Under the pieces are notes generated by a model. It was not told the DNA's origin and made no database searches. It was given only the letters and a program-made list of their open reading frames with translations. A DNA stretch of 64,000 bases from assembly GCF_001194135.2 (NCBI RefSeq), contig NC_068994.1:40327765-40391764 (forward strand). Reading direction: 5' to 3'. Within the stretch, counting starts at the first letter, position 1, and every line of letters begins with the position of its first letter. Shown piece after piece: positions 38,218 through 52,934 of this stretch. The translations under genes were made by a program, and so were the position numbers. The stretch comes from Octopus bimaculoides (lineage: Eukaryota).

Positions 38218-39503
38218 TATTTAGGCACATCTGGAATAACAGGTCATTGTATCATTGAATACTTCTTGTCTAGTGCATTACTTATTGATGAATACACTCA
38301 CACACATATAACATGCACAAAATACATATGCGTATATGTATTTATATAAGCTATGATTGGGAACCAGTACGTTCAAAGAGATATATCCACGTGATATTTA
38401 CGCTCAACTGAATTATCTCCCTTCATACCGATGTCCACTTTGCATTTCATATCTCACGGGAATAATGAAATATGTAACAGACAAAGCACTAGGTGGGTGT
38501 GGAAGTAGGGTGATGTAAGATTGGGTGTTGGGTGAGGTAGTGGTGATATAATTCACTAAATCCCTTGAAGATAATGCCCCATTATGACCATAGTTCAATA
38601 ACTGAAACCAGTTAAATGAAAAATGCAAGTCAATCGCTAAAGTTCTGAAGATTTAACACCTGAATAATCTTTTTCGTGTGGTCAGTAGCAAATTTAAGAG
38701 ACCAAGCTCAAGTGTAGGACTCTGTCTACAGAAGACTTTGAACTTGCTGGCTCTGTTCCCAACAACACTTTAATCACTTAGCTAGTGGGTATATATAACA
38801 AACTTAGTTTAATATCTGTAAAATTGCAAATAATTCTTTTAATCAATAGCTGGCTTTCTAATAAAAATTCCAAAAGTGCTGCTGTTAGTACACAAAAGCA
38901 ATAAATTGATAAATAAAATTAAGCAAAAATAAATAATTAAATAAAATAATAATTGCTTAAAATGAAACATGACCAAGTGCGCTGTAAAGAATATTAAAAA
39001 TTCATTCCGTCTTTTTAATTTCTTTTAACACGATTTATTCACGTGTTTTAGTTGAAGTAACTTTGGCTAAATTAATATCATCTTAATCTAAAAGTTGAAC
39101 ATTGCAATATACAGAAATGACACAATGTAATTACAGCTATTAATAAGCATGAGTTTGGTTATGTGGTTGAGAAGTTTGTTTCACAAATGATGTTGTTCCG
39201 TGTTCGTATTGACTGCACAGCACAGCACCTTGGGTAAGCATTTTTCTATCATAACTTCTGATTAACTAATAGCTTGTTAGTGTAATGTATGTATGTATGT
39301 ATGTATGTATGTATGTATGTATGTATGCATGCATGCATGCATACATGTATGTATGCATGTCATTATTCAATTTTATTTCAAGTTTTTGTTGCCAATAGAG
39401 AAAGAGTCAGTTTCTAACCCAGATTGAAGGCTCCTTCATTGGAACTTCAACAACATCAACAGGATATTTTTGTATGTACATATATGTGCAGATTTGTATG
39501 TTT

Positions 39504-40387
39504 TGCTCCGTTGGATGTGTAATGTCAATGTGAATACCCGTCAGAGTGTAAGTATCTTGAGAGAAAAGCTGAACATTAGAAGCATCAGTTGTGGCGTGCA
39601 AGAGAGACGATTGCGCTGGTATGGACATGTGGTGAGAATGGAGGAGGATAGCTGCGTGAAAAAGTGCCACACCCTAACAGTTGAGGGAACCCGTGGAAGA
39701 GGTAGGCCCAGGAAGACCTGGGCTGAGGTGGTGAGGCAAGACCTTCGTACATTGGGCCTCACCGAGGCGATGACTACGGACCGAGACCTTTGGAAATGGG
39801 CTGTGCGTGAGAAGACCCGGCAAGCCAAGTAAGATCGTTGCCNNNNNNNNNNNNNNNNNNNNNNNNNNNNNNNNNNNNNNNNNNNNNNNNNNNNNNNNNN
39901 NNNNNNNNNNNNNNNNNNNNNNNNNNNNNNNNNNNNNNNNNNNNNNNNNNNNNNNNNNNNNNNNNNNNNNNNNNNNNNNNNNNNNNNNNNNNNNNNNNNN
40001 NNNNNNNNNNNNNNNNNNNNNNNNNNNNNNNNNNNNNNNNNNNNNNNNNNNNNNNNNNNNNNNNNNNNNNNNNNNNNNNNNNNNNNNNNNNNNNNNNNNN
40101 NNNNNNNNNNNNNNNNNNNNNNNNNNNNNNNNNNNNNNNNNNNNNNNNNNNNNNNNNNNNNNNNNNNNNNNNNNNNNNNNNNNNNNNTCGTGCGGGTGAC
40201 ACGTAAAAGCACCCACTACACTCTCTGAGTGGTTGGCGTTAGGAAGGGCATCCAGCTGTAGAAACTCTGCCAAATCAGACTGGAGCCTGGTGTTGCCATC
40301 CGGTTTCACCAGTCCTCAGTCAAATCGTCCAACCCATGCTAGCATGGAAAGCGGACGTTAAACGATGATGATGATGATGATGATGAT
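39504..40387 (+). mobile_element. Young RTE LINE 3' fragment interrupted by an N gap
   Basis: LRWMCNVNVNTRQSVSILREKLNIRSISCGVQERRLRWYGHVVRMEEDSCVKKC...GRGRPRKTWAEVVRQDL...AVREKTRQAK*. CpG-rich, with a (GAT)n tail. Confidence 0.92.
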
Positions 40388-40389
40388 TC

Positions 40390-40675
40390 TCATGCATGTA
40401 GTTGCATATCTAGACATGCTCATATATACCTAAATGATAAACTTCTGGAAAGTTATACAAATTTTTACAGTTCCAGTGATGGCTTGGATCTGTAACCTTC
40501 AAATCAGTTTTCTCTTTTTGGTTTTGAGAAGTCTAATTACTTAAGATTAGTGTTTAGGCAGTGTGTTTCATATCCCAGTGCTCCAATATTTACTGGTATA
40601 AACCTGAACTTGTTATCTGGATAGGATAGCTGTAGATACCTCAATAATTCAGCATAGGCATTTTCTTTCTTTTTA
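40390..40675 (-). mobile_element. 3' end of an RLE-type non-LTR retrotransposon, decayed
   Basis: KENAYAELLRYLQLSYPDNKFRFIPVNIGALGY, matching the K-x3-Y-x2-L ... P-x2-IGALG pattern of RLE C-termini. Confidence 0.65.
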
Positions 40676-40774
40676 TGTATGTATGTATGTATGTATGGTC
40701 TAATGACTGAAGCAAGTAGAATATAAAATATAAAAGATGTGTATGTGTGCATGTGTGCATGTGCGCGCACGTAT

Positions 40775-40889
<115 letters not shown>

Positions 40890-41457
40890 TTTTGTTGATG
40901 CATATCAGTAAAAGCCATACTCGTCAGCAAAGGATGTATGTCTTAGCAAAAATGTCAGAAAAAAATTAAAACTTGTATTTTTCTGTAAAGTCTTTTCTTA
41001 CATTTGCTCTGTAACATGTTACAGAAACTCCCTTGTCAATCTTACTATTAGAAATGGTGTGAACCAGTAATTGCCCTGTTGGAAACCTGTAAGCAACAGC
41101 GTGACATAAAGTAAATAAAATAAGGAAAAATTAAATAAATAAGCGGCGCAAGAGTAAGATTTGACCGAAAATTGGATAAGTTCACTTATAAGCAGAATAC
41201 CAAATAACTTAGTGCCTTGGCAACGTATTTAGTATAGTTCGTTTTCCAAAATCAAATCTAAATTCTTTTCTAACAACCTTGATGAGCAAGTAATTTAATA
41301 ATGATATACAGTCGATTACTCCAGCTTAGGTGGGGAAGTTGAAAACTTTAACACTATAAAATTATCGATTATGTATTTGATAATCATTATTCAATTTATT
41401 CTTGGTGGTGTATCTTTAATAGCAATATTAGATAGCAAAAGCAATAATAGCAACAGC

Positions 41458-41506
<49 letters not shown>

Positions 41507-41637
41507 ACAATGGTAATGGTGGCAAGATTTTTTTCATTTTAGCTGTTGAACAAATGGCTTTTTCATACTGTTGTTACTGTTTAGCTCCTGGTCAGCATTT
41601 ACTGAACAAGCCTATGACCAAAGCCAGTCAAGGTATA

Positions 41638-41668
<31 letters not shown>

Positions 41669-43477
41669 CAGGGAAGTACAGAGCTCAGGAAAGGACACCT
41701 TGGATTACCTTTATGTTTTATCTTTTACTCGTTTCAGTCATTGGACTGCAGACATGCTGGAGCACCACCTTGAAGGGTCTAGTTGAATTGATCGAGCCTA
41801 GAACTTATTTTCAAATCTGGTACTTATTCTATGAGTCTCATGGCTTCATGTGTGATAAAGAAATCATGACATTGTTTCTGAAGGTATTAGAGCAGAACAA
41901 GAAACTTTAAAGTATTTGGTATCAAATTTTAGATTTATGTGCTGTAAATTGTTTCAAATTTAGCTAAATCTTTTGTAATTATATTGTAGTTTTATGACAT
42001 ATCCATCACAAGGCCAGTCCTTGTTGCAGTGTGGTGGCCCATGCCTCAATGACCTCAAGAGCTGTACCAGTGAATAGGTCTTCCCATCCTGGTAATATTG
42101 ATCACTACTTCCTAGAAGTAAAAATGGGCTTGCATAGAGTCAACATCCCTACCTAGAACAAAACAAAGATTGTAGATCAGATGCTTCAATGGTAGTTCAA
42201 AAACCAATAAGACCTAGGAAAGGAAGGCCTTCCCTCAAAGAAACATAGAGATTTAGTACAGCAAAATCCAAAACAAAGCTGCAAGGAAGCAGGGATCCAA
42301 TGGGGGAGAAGCAGTAAAGAAAGCCAATTGTTGAGAAAAGTGGAGAAAAGTTATGGCAGCAAAGGGCTTAATTAAAAGTATGTATTAATGCCTTATGTGT
42401 TTGCAACAGGCAAAGCCATGCCTGTGTAATATTTAAAGTTTGATTTGCAGTCAGCAACATATTGAATGTTTGAGCCTGCTGTGTAGTACTTTGAGCAAGT
42501 GTATCTACCATGGCCTTACCTTGACCAGTGCTTTGTTAATGGAATTTAGTAAGCAAATGTGTGTATGTGCTGCAGTTCTCTGCTGAAGCCAGCTTTGTCT
42601 TTCATCCTTCTGGGGTTGATAAAATAGATATCAGTTGAACACTGGGGTTGATGTAATTGACTTAAGCTCTCCCCTAAGATTGCTGGCTTTGTACCAAAAT
42701 TTGAAATCAGTATTATTCGCATATAGAATCAGCATGCCACAGTGTCTGTAACAAGGCTCTAGCTGTTGAAATGCAGGTACAATTCTTTTGATGAACTTTT
42801 ATAGAGTTTCTGCCTTCACAATTTCATTCTCAAGGTATGACCCAATTTAAGGCCACAGTAAATGAAATTTATCCAAGATGTTGCACAGTGGGATTGAACC
42901 TGGGATTGAACCTGGTGGCGGTTGTGGTTGTGCAGTGAAGTTCTTAATCATTTAGCTGAGAGAGAGAGAGAGAGGTAGGAAAGGAGAAACTGAGAGAGAA
43001 AGACAGATAGTGGAAGAGAGAAAAAGAGTATCATAAGTGTGTCTGTACGTGTGTGTATATGTACACATATATATATATATATATATATTTCAGCAATATG
43101 CACCAGCAAATAATGTAAAGAAAACCACTTAAACAGGTGTTTAAGTATATTTGTTTAAGGTGTTTAAGTATATTTGTTCTGCCCAAGTTATATAACCAAT
43201 CCCTTATCATTGTCATTACAATGAGGGTAATCATGAACTACATTGAAATCTATAATCAACAATGCTTATTGTTCACAAAGCACGTAATAACATTAAAATT
43301 TATTATTTAATTTATCAGAAGATCTTATATATCTCTAAAAACATATTTTGCTTAAACAGATAATTGAAATATATTGTATAACTAATTAGATGTAACATAA
43401 CCACATATTTTATGCATCAAACTAGTAATTAGGAAAATAAATACAATATTAATTTTTAAAATAGGATCTAAGAAAGA

Positions 43478-43690
43478 TGGAGAGCTGGCAGAATTGTTAC
43501 TGTGCTGACGAAATGCTTAGCAGCATTTCTCCCAAGTTTTTGAGTTCAAAATGCCACCGGAGTTGACTTGGTTTGTCATTCTTTCAGGGTTGATGCAATA
43601 AATAGTTGTTGAGTGCTGGAGTTGATGTAACCAACTTAATTCTTCTCCCTCAAAAATGCTGGTCTTGTGCCAATATTGGAAACCAGTATA
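43478..43690 (+). mobile_element. tRNA-derived SINE family B
   Basis: gagctggcagaattgttac...gaaatgcttagcagcattt...tgagttcaaaatgccaccggagttgac...gatgtaaccaactt. Confidence 0.7.
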
Positions 43691-44164
43691 TGCAATAGGA
43701 CATGAATTCAATGAGACAGTATAGTCAGTTATATCCCACCCTCAGCCCTAATACCTGACTGGTACACTTTTACTTGTTTCAGCTCAAGAGCTATGACCAT
43801 GCTGGAGCACTTTATTTTATCAATCTTACAAGGATAAAATACAAAGCATTGACTCCGGCAAGATTTGAACTTAAAAACATTAAAAAAAAAAGACCATATC
43901 TAAATTTTTCACAGCCTTTTATGCAACACATTTTAATGATTTTGCCATAATAAAATATTAAAATATTATTGGCCATGCTATACAATTAAATATGCTGTAT
44001 AATTAATCATTATCACGTGTGACCATGTTTAAATAAGCAAAAGAGAAAACACACAAACAAAGAAAGCCAATAAATATCAATATATTTAACAACATTAAAT
44101 ATATGCTAATGTCATATAACGAGTAGTGTTCATATTATAAAATGATTATTTGCTTTAAATATCC

Positions 44165-45515
44165 ATGTTAATAACTATCACCATCACCATCACCATTAGC
44201 ATTACCATCATCACCATCAATACCATCATCAAAACCATAACTTTGGCTCCACTACCACCACTGCCACAAATACCACCACCACCAAAACCACCATCACCAC
44301 CAAAACCACCACCACTACTACATCCTCCAATTATCACCACCACCACTACCACCACCAACACCAATACTACAACCTCCACCATTACTCACCACTACCACCA
44401 TCACAATACTGCAAGAAGAAAACCACTACCATACCCATCAGCATACCACTCTGACAACCACTATCACCGTGGTCATCATTTCTAGTGCTACTATCACCAC
44501 CACAACTACCACTACAGTACTATGACAATACCACAACCACTCCCACCAGCCCACCATCATCACAACAACTACTGTCATGGTCATCCATAATATTGCTAAT
44601 ATTAACACAACCACCACCATCACCACTGCAAATACAGACAGCACTACAACACCACCTCCACAACCATTACTACTATCGCCACCACAAAACCACAATTACC
44701 AACACAACCACTACTACTGCTACAACCACCCATAACAACAATGACCACCAGACCACCACCACCACCACCACCACCACCACCACCACCACTAACAACAACA
44801 GCAACAACACTATCACAATAAGTTAGCCATCATAGCTACCACAACCACCACAACCATCATTACCGCCATTATGACAACGATGATCACCACCGCCAATACA
44901 ACCACCCCTATCATTGCCACTATCAGTACCACTACAGCCACCACCACAACCACCACAATCATCATGACCATGATCACTACTGCAACCACCACCACCACCA
45001 TCACCATCTCCACCACCAACCCTACCACAACAACTGTTACCATCATAACTACCACAACCACTATGACAATGACCATTACCCCCCACCAATTCCACCACCA
45101 TCACAGTCACCACTACCACTACAACCATCACCACCACAACTGCCACGAGCACAATCACTACTGCAACAACCACCACCATTTCCAGCGCATCATCTCCAGT
45201 ACTACCTCCCCGCATCATCTCCAGTACTACCTCCACCACCATCTCCAATACTACCTCCAACACCATCTCCAAACGTACCTCCCCCACCATCTCCAGCACG
45301 ACTCCGCCACCACCACCATCTCCAGTACTACCTCTACCACTGTCTCCAACACTACCTCTGCCACCATCTCCAGCACTAACTCCACGACCACCACCACAAC
45401 CACCACGACCACACGATGACGACGACGACGACGACCACCACCACCACCACCACCACCACCACAACACCACCGCCACCACCACCACTACCATCATCATCCC
45501 CTCTACCTCTCCCAC
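44165..45515. repeat. ~1.35-kb degenerate (ACC/ACA/CAT)n tract with an internal ~24-bp higher-order repeat
   Basis: catctccagtactacctcc-like units recur across ~45190-45380. Confidence 0.9.
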
Positions 45516-46022
45516 ATTCTTATTTGCTCAGGAATGATAGCTGATGCTGTAATATGGCTATGAATGACAGCAGCGTGATGTAAAACAAAAAGTTGAAAGC
45601 ACTACTATGAATATTGAATGATATCACATGTATGAACAGTGAAGTATAACATAAAAACTTGAACACTGCATAAATGACAGCATTGTGTACTGTACAAACA
45701 TCACTCTGTATGTGTATGTGTGTGCTTGTGCTCTTGTGCTTCTGTGTGTGTGTGTATCTATATGTGTACTAGCATTGTATAAAATATAAACATCACTGTA
45801 TATGTATGTGTGTGTGTGTGTGTGTTTATATATGTGGCAATATATCGGTTTGAGTAGGTGCATGCATATGCACGTATATGCAATATGTGCAGTGCAGAAT
45901 AAAAGTAAGGAGTTACTGAGAAATGGGGGAAATGTCTTTCTTACTTTTCACTGTCAATATTCTTCTTCATGTTAGATGGAACTTGTCTCTCAGACAGACA
46001 AGTGCATATACATATATATAAA

Positions 46023-46138
<116 letters not shown>

Positions 46139-46719
46139 TATATATATATATACATATATATACACATATATGTGCATATATATTCATATGTACTTATGTG
46201 TACATGTATATGCATGCACACACATATATGCATGTATATACATATATATACGTATATATACATAAGCATGTGTGTAGATATATATATATATATATATGTG
46301 TATATGCACATATATACATACATATATGCATACTATATGCATACATATATTATACATATACACACATGCCCGTTTAACTGTTTTCACATACATATACAAG
46401 TATGCATACAAAAACTGACATACACACACATGCGTACATACACACTCGTATACACAAAACACCTAGTGAAATACTCACATGCAGACACACTCACTTTTAC
46501 ACTGACAACTACTTATGCACAAATATCCACAAGCACACATACACATATGCACACGTGTGCTTACTAAACCTATTTAAACACTTGTGTACACACATGCAGA
46601 TGCACACATCAAATGCAGGCTTCTTATTTATAATTTTAACAAGTTTTCTGGTGTTGGTTCCTCAATGCCACAAAAAATTTCAAAGAGTAACTGTAATATG
46701 TCACTCAATTTAAAATCCC

Positions 46720-47850
46720 CATTTTACCGTTAGGGGACTTTAGAGGTCTTCCTTCTGTTGCAAACATTTGGATCAGGTCTCCAATATGAGGATAAAATTG
46801 TCCCTTGATGTACTGCTTCTGACAATATCTTATTTTATTTAGTACTCCAGAGAGCCAGAGGGGATTGATAAAAAGATTTCTGAGTTGAGAAACTTAATTC
46901 TAGATAGTGTAGGGCACAAACTTATAGGGCATCATAGAAAAAAAGAAAAAAAAAATTCTGAATAGAGAAACTATTTCTTGATTGTACAGAGACACAAACT
47001 TGTGAATAATTATCTCAGAAGGCTGTTTTATCAAATGACATATAATTCTGTATCTTCTCTCCGATTTTATGACTGGTGCCTTTCTCTATTGAGCTGAAGA
47101 TTTTGAGAGTCCCATCCAATATAATATGCTTCCAGCTGGTTTAATTACAATGATTGATGTTATGAGTAAAGAAAACTCATAAGCCAGGAGCAATTTTCTT
47201 CTTCTCCTTCATTACAACATTTATCTTCAACACGATGAATGGCCGCATAAAAAAATAACAAGAATCAATGTAATGGACAATTCTTCCTCCTTTAGCCAAT
47301 ATCTGTGGAATTTGTTCCAGCCTTGACCCTACCCATCACCTCCTCCTCACTCATAAACTACAAATTTTATTCTTCTCAAAGACACAAATCTTTCATATTA
47401 TGTTTCTAATTCATCTCAGTTGTCCAGGCTATACACATATAATATTCCAACTTCTTTCTGACATGATTGAACTTGCAGAGAATCAAATCTCTCTAACACT
47501 TACCTATTTCACTTGGACATTAGCAATAAAGACTTCCAGTTAATCTGGCTCAAGGGTTCCTTCCCTACCAATCCTTTCATTTCTTCTGCTGTCTCTACTA
47601 CTTTCCAAACCAACCATTAAAGGAGCTTTTACGTAGTTGCGCATCTAGCTAAAAGCAACAGCGTAATCTCCCTCAAAATCGTACCATGCCACTTTACAAA
47701 TGGAAACCCACATCTTACAACAAAGTTCATACACTGGAAGAAATAAAGTTGTACCAGTCATGGTTGGAATTCTGTTGATTAAATGTCTGCTCTGTCTGAC
47801 ATTATCTGAGCCTAAACAGCAACAAGCCCCTACAGAACATGTCCAGTTGC
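46720..47850 (+). mobile_element. Possible highly decayed non-LTR retrotransposon RT/RNase H remnant
   Basis: Scattered peptides KFL..LILDS, HKSFILCF*FISVVQAIH (cf. I-clade RNase H IxSDSxSxxQAI) and FQLIWLKG. Many stops. Confidence 0.3.
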
Positions 47851-48354
47851 ATATCTGTGTTTTAATTTTCAAAATAATAAATAAAACATTCAGCAAAACA
47901 ACTTTCAATTTAATTTTTCCTAACACAGATACAAAGCCACAAATTTCGAGTCACAGTTTAACTGATTAAAGTGTTGCTAGTACATTTTATCAAAACCTGA
48001 AGAGTGACAGATGAAAGCAAACTCTGCAGAATTTGAACTCAAAACGCAAAGAGCAAAAACAATTTATCATTTCAAATTTTGGCACAAGGCCAGCAATTTC
48101 AGGGGAGGAGCTAATTTGATTACATTAACCCTATTGATCAGCTGGTTCTTATTTTATCGACACCAAAAGGATGAAAGGCAAAGTTGACCTCGGCACAAGC
48201 TGAACTCAAAGTAAAGACAGATGAAATGTGGCTAAGTATTTTGCTCAGCATGTTAATGATTCTATCAGCTTTCTGCCTTAGCAAGAATAATATTACAAGT
48301 CATTCTGTCTGATACTCTAATAATTCTACCAAATCTTCACTTTAATTTTTCAAC

Positions 48355-48564
48355 TTAAACCTTTAGCAACCCTAAATATTCTACCTGTTTTATGTTCAAA
48401 CTATCAAAATCCAGCCTCTCACATCTACTCTACAATGTCATTCTAAAAATATACAATTGCATCATTGAAATCTCAAAGTTACAAAATAATGTATGGTTAA
48501 TTCAAAATAATGTAAATTAGCAAGTATTAAATTTGACAGAGTAATCTGAATGCTAAAAGGTTAA
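48355..48564. mobile_element. TTAA-flanked MITE (piggyBac-type ends)
   Basis: TTAA-acctttagca ... tgctaaaagg-TTAA, imperfect terminal inverted repeats around 200 bp of non-coding sequence. Confidence 0.65.
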
Positions 48565-49314
48565 TCATTTTCATACATAGGCACAAGGCCAGAAATTTGG
48601 GGAAGATTTGTCGATTAATTGATTTCGTTACTCAACTGGCATTTGACTTAATAGAACTTGGAAGTACGAGAAGAAAAGCCAATCTTCAAATCATTTGAAC
48701 ACCAAGTTAAAACATCCCTCAAATGAAACAATCCTCATGTTCCTCGTTGTACACCTACTGAATGACTTTTCTCACTGCCAGTGTGTTTAAACATTTTCAT
48801 ATATGCTACCCCTGTGGCAAATAACAGAAAAAAAACATTTTTATTTTCCTATTGCACTCAGTATAAAACACCACCCAGTGCTTTTATAGATTTGTCTTTG
48901 TAATATTCCCTCTCAGATGCCCTTGTGGCTATAAAAAGATCATTTTTTTTTTATCATCATCATCATTATCAACATTATTGTTATTGTTATGGCTATTATT
49001 ATCATTGTTGTTGTTGTTGTTGTTTCTTTCAAATAGAAAATGATATTGCCCTTGCTAAAAAATAGGTGAAGAGAAATAAAGTAGGTTTTAATAAGTGGTA
49101 TACATACGTACATACATGCATACATACATATGCACACACATATATAAATGTGTGTATATGCACATATACATACACAGACATATATTACATGTGTGTATAT
49201 ATATATATATATGCATTGTGTATGTACAAGCCAACACGCACACATATATGCATTTATGCACATGTACATATATATAGTATATAGTATATATATAAAGGTA
49301 TATATATATATGTA

Positions 49315-49375
<61 letters not shown>

Positions 49376-49542
49376 TGTATACATATACATATATGTATGT
49401 GTATATATCTATGTATGTATATATATATATATATANNNNNNNNNNNNNNNNNNNNNNNNNNNNNNNNNNNNNNNNNNNNNNNNNNNNNNNNNNNNNNNNN
49501 NNNNNNNNNNNNNNNNNNNNNNNNNNNNNTATGTATATACAT

Positions 49543-49587
<45 letters not shown>

Positions 49588-50124
49588 CACATATATGAGT
49601 TTTTTTGTCTTTTTGCTTTGTTTATCATGAATGTGTCCTTTTATAGAAGGCGAAATTGCTCTTAAATGAAGCACTTTTAATACAGAGTTTCTAAAATAAT
49701 GGTGACACCTAAGCAAACTTTGCTTTGAAGGCTGGCAAAGGTTAGTGTGATAAAATATAAAACAATGCCAGCCAAGCAGCAAACCATTCTACTTCCCCCA
49801 CAACACTCCCCCAATCCCACCATCCCCTACTGTTGATATTATGTTGAGTTTTACAAAGATAAAATAATAATAAATAAAATGAAGTGAAAAGAACAGAGAG
49901 AGATAGGAAGAGAAATGTGGATGGGAGACAGTATGGGGATAGAGTATATGGGAGAGAGGTGGGAGGTGTATGGGGAGAGGTGGAGGTGGGGGTGTAAGAG
50001 GAGAGAAGGTGGGAGGGAAGATGAAATAGTGGATTCCTTCTTTATATAGTTAGTGGCCAAATACAATAATTGAATATCCCCAAATATTAAAAAAGACAGA
50101 AAGGAGAGAAAGGGGTGAAAAAAA

Positions 50125-50440
50125 TAGTAGTAGTAGTAGTAGTGGTGGTGGTGGTAGTAGTGATGGTGGTGGTGGTAGTAGTGGTGGTGGTGGTGGTGGT
50201 GGTAGGTAATAAGTGTGAATGGAAGGGACAGAGTAAGAGAAAGTTTTAGTGTGGTGTTGGAAGGAGGTGGAGAAAGAAAAGGAAACGAAGAAGAAGAAGA
50301 AGAAGCAGAAGAAGAAGAAGAAAGAGGAGAAGAAGAAGAAGAAGAAGAAGAAGAAGAAGGAGGAGGAGAAGAAGAAGAAGAAGAAGAAGGAGGAGGAGGA
50401 GAAGAAGAAGAAGAAGAAGAAGAAGAAGAAGAAGAAGGGA
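50125..50440. repeat. (AGT/GGT)n followed by a (GAA/GGA)n polypurine tract
   Basis: Direct reading. Source of the poly-E/K/L/S ORFs. Confidence 0.95.
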
Positions 50441-50585
50441 TGGACATGTAAAGATGGAAAAGAAAGAGAATAATGAAAGAGAATAATGAAAGAGAAATAA
50501 AGGAAGACAAAACATGATTAAAGAGATGAAGAGACACGTTATTTAGAGGAAATGAGCTGAAATAAAAAGAAGATAAAAAATGAGG

Positions 50586-50616
<31 letters not shown>

Positions 50617-50658
50617 CATATCTATTATTTTATCTGTCTGTCTGTCTCTCTCTTGCTT

Positions 50659-50690
<32 letters not shown>

Positions 50691-50979
50691 TACACACATA
50701 TACAGAACAAGAGAGAAAGAGAGAGAGAGGGGGTAGGATGGAAAGGAAGTCAGAAGGAGGTCAGTGAGAGGAGAGAATGAGAGACACAGGTAAAACGAAA
50801 GTGAGAAAGAGTAATGTGAGTCTTATGTGTGTGTGTGTGAGTATGTATGAGAGCTCTGTAAGATATCAATAGCCATGGCTGAAACAAAGCTGATTAAATC
50901 CAAATTGTTGGCACTGACACATGGTGGTTCTATTTTGGAAGACAGTGAACCCTTCTTGAGAAGAGATGAGACTTTATTG

Positions 50980-51056
50980 AAAAGAAGTGGTGAAAGTAAG
51001 AGAAAAGAAGTGGTGAAAGTAAGAGAAAAGAAGTGGTGAAAGTAAGAGAAAAGAAG
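50980..51056. repeat. 23-bp tandem repeat, 3 copies plus a partial
   Basis: gtggtg recurs at 50987, 51010 and 51033. Confidence 0.9.
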
Positions 51057-52855
51057 AGACAGTGTAGAAGAGACAAATTGTTGGTGAAATGATTTCAAAT
51101 AAAAAGACAACTGACTCCGTATTTGGCACTATAAAGTTTTAAAAGCCAACTGCACACTATCATTTTAGAAGTAGAAGCCATGCTGAAAACTTTCCGAAAC
51201 AAAAGTAGTCAGTAATTTTACCATATTGCCGTGTTCTTCCAGTCTGTTGGCTAATTGGTAATAAATCTACATTTCTACAATGTAATGGTCTTAAACATAC
51301 AGTTGTGAGTAATAAAACATAATTGAGTAGAAAATGTGGAAAATGTGGAAAGAGAATATTGGAAATAATGGAACGGCAATTGTTCGGAAGACTAATTGTT
51401 TAAAGTAAATTGGATAGAAAAGATTGAGTTGAAACTTAAACTGATACCAACAAATTTTATGTGCATTTTATGACCTCAGCAAACCAACTAGGAATGTTTA
51501 TAATTTGAAGAGCCATTAAATTGAATCTTGAAAACCATAAGACCGTTTTTTTTTTTTTTAAATAGACATTTTTTTTTTTTAAAGTAAATATTTAAATTTC
51601 ATGCTGTGTTGTATTTATTGATAATTTCATTGGTGAATGGCAAGGTATTTTTTTTATTTAATGTGATATTTAGTTAAAACAAAACTGAATATCACCAGAA
51701 ATGTTGGGGGTGGTTTAGGTAGAAAAAAAATTTATAGATGGAAAATAGATTAAGCTTGAGCTATTTGTTCTGAGAAGGTACAATGTAAGAAGATTGTTAA
51801 TGTTTTCCCCCATTTTTAGGTGCAAGACTTGTTTAGTAAAAGAAGATAGTATAATTTAATTATTTTTTTGGTTTTTACTACATTGCTGTTGCTTATTTGT
51901 TGTTGTAGTTTGTGTTATTTTTTAAGCTCTATGCCAGTTCTGACTGGCCAGACATATGAATCAAACATCAGGCCAGCATTGACCATCTTATGGTTAGCTT
52001 GTTGGACTCAATTATGAGATTGAGGGGTTTTATTTCCAGATTAGGTGATACATTGTGTTCTTAAGCAAGGCACTTCATTTCCCCTTTATACATACCTCTA
52101 ATCCATTCATTCAGCCAAAAATGAGTTGCACTTGCAGTAGAATGGTTTATTGCAGATTATTAGCTACTAAATCTTGCTAACGTACTCATTAGAAATTAAC
52201 AGCCTTTGAAGGACACTGAATGAAGATTTAAGATTGCATTATACCATTATCCTTACCTTTGTTTCCAAAACTGCTAGATGCCATACAAAGGAATTTAGTG
52301 ACTATTTCTTGCACACCATGCAGCCTTATAGATTCTTATCTTGGTGCTTATTTTACTGATACTGATAAAAGGATGGACAAATTGACCCTTTAGAAATTAA
52401 AATCTATATGAAGAAATGAAACCATCCAAGAATATTTATTTCAATATTTCACTGTCTTAGCTGACCGTTCCCAATCTCTCATCTATGATCATTTGAATGC
52501 ATCCTTACCTTTGTTTTCAAAACTGCAAGATGCCATACAAAGGAGTTTAGTAATTAGAAATCTTAAGAGATGCAAAACAGGAACAAATTCGGAAATAAGT
52601 TCCTTATTGTTTTATAGATGTTTTATTACAACAGAAATTATACATGTTGCATACTATTACTCATTCAAGTTTGTAAAAATCGTAGTTTATATAACAAACA
52701 GTTATGTATGCTTAAATATTTATATTTGCTCACTAACTCATATATACACACACACACATACAAACACAAAATTATGTGTCTATGTATACATATATGTCAT
52801 ATATAAACATACACACATATATCTGTATATGTATATATGTATGTATGTATATATT

Positions 52856-52934
<79 letters not shown>

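Noticed and set aside
44155-45515. Long Thr/His/Pro/Val-rich ORFs (up to 230 aa)
   Set aside because: Expected from stop-poor (ACC)n sequence in all frames; no splice or domain evidence.
49731-49750. Branch point CACTAAC plus ctttgccag acceptor on minus, open in phase 0
   Set aside because: The frame runs into a microsatellite with no good donor and does not resemble a protocadherin tail; likely chance.
52249-52551. Two AG|GTAAGG donor-like sites on minus
   Set aside because: Both lie in a duplicated ~51-bp repeat unit with no plausible exon upstream.
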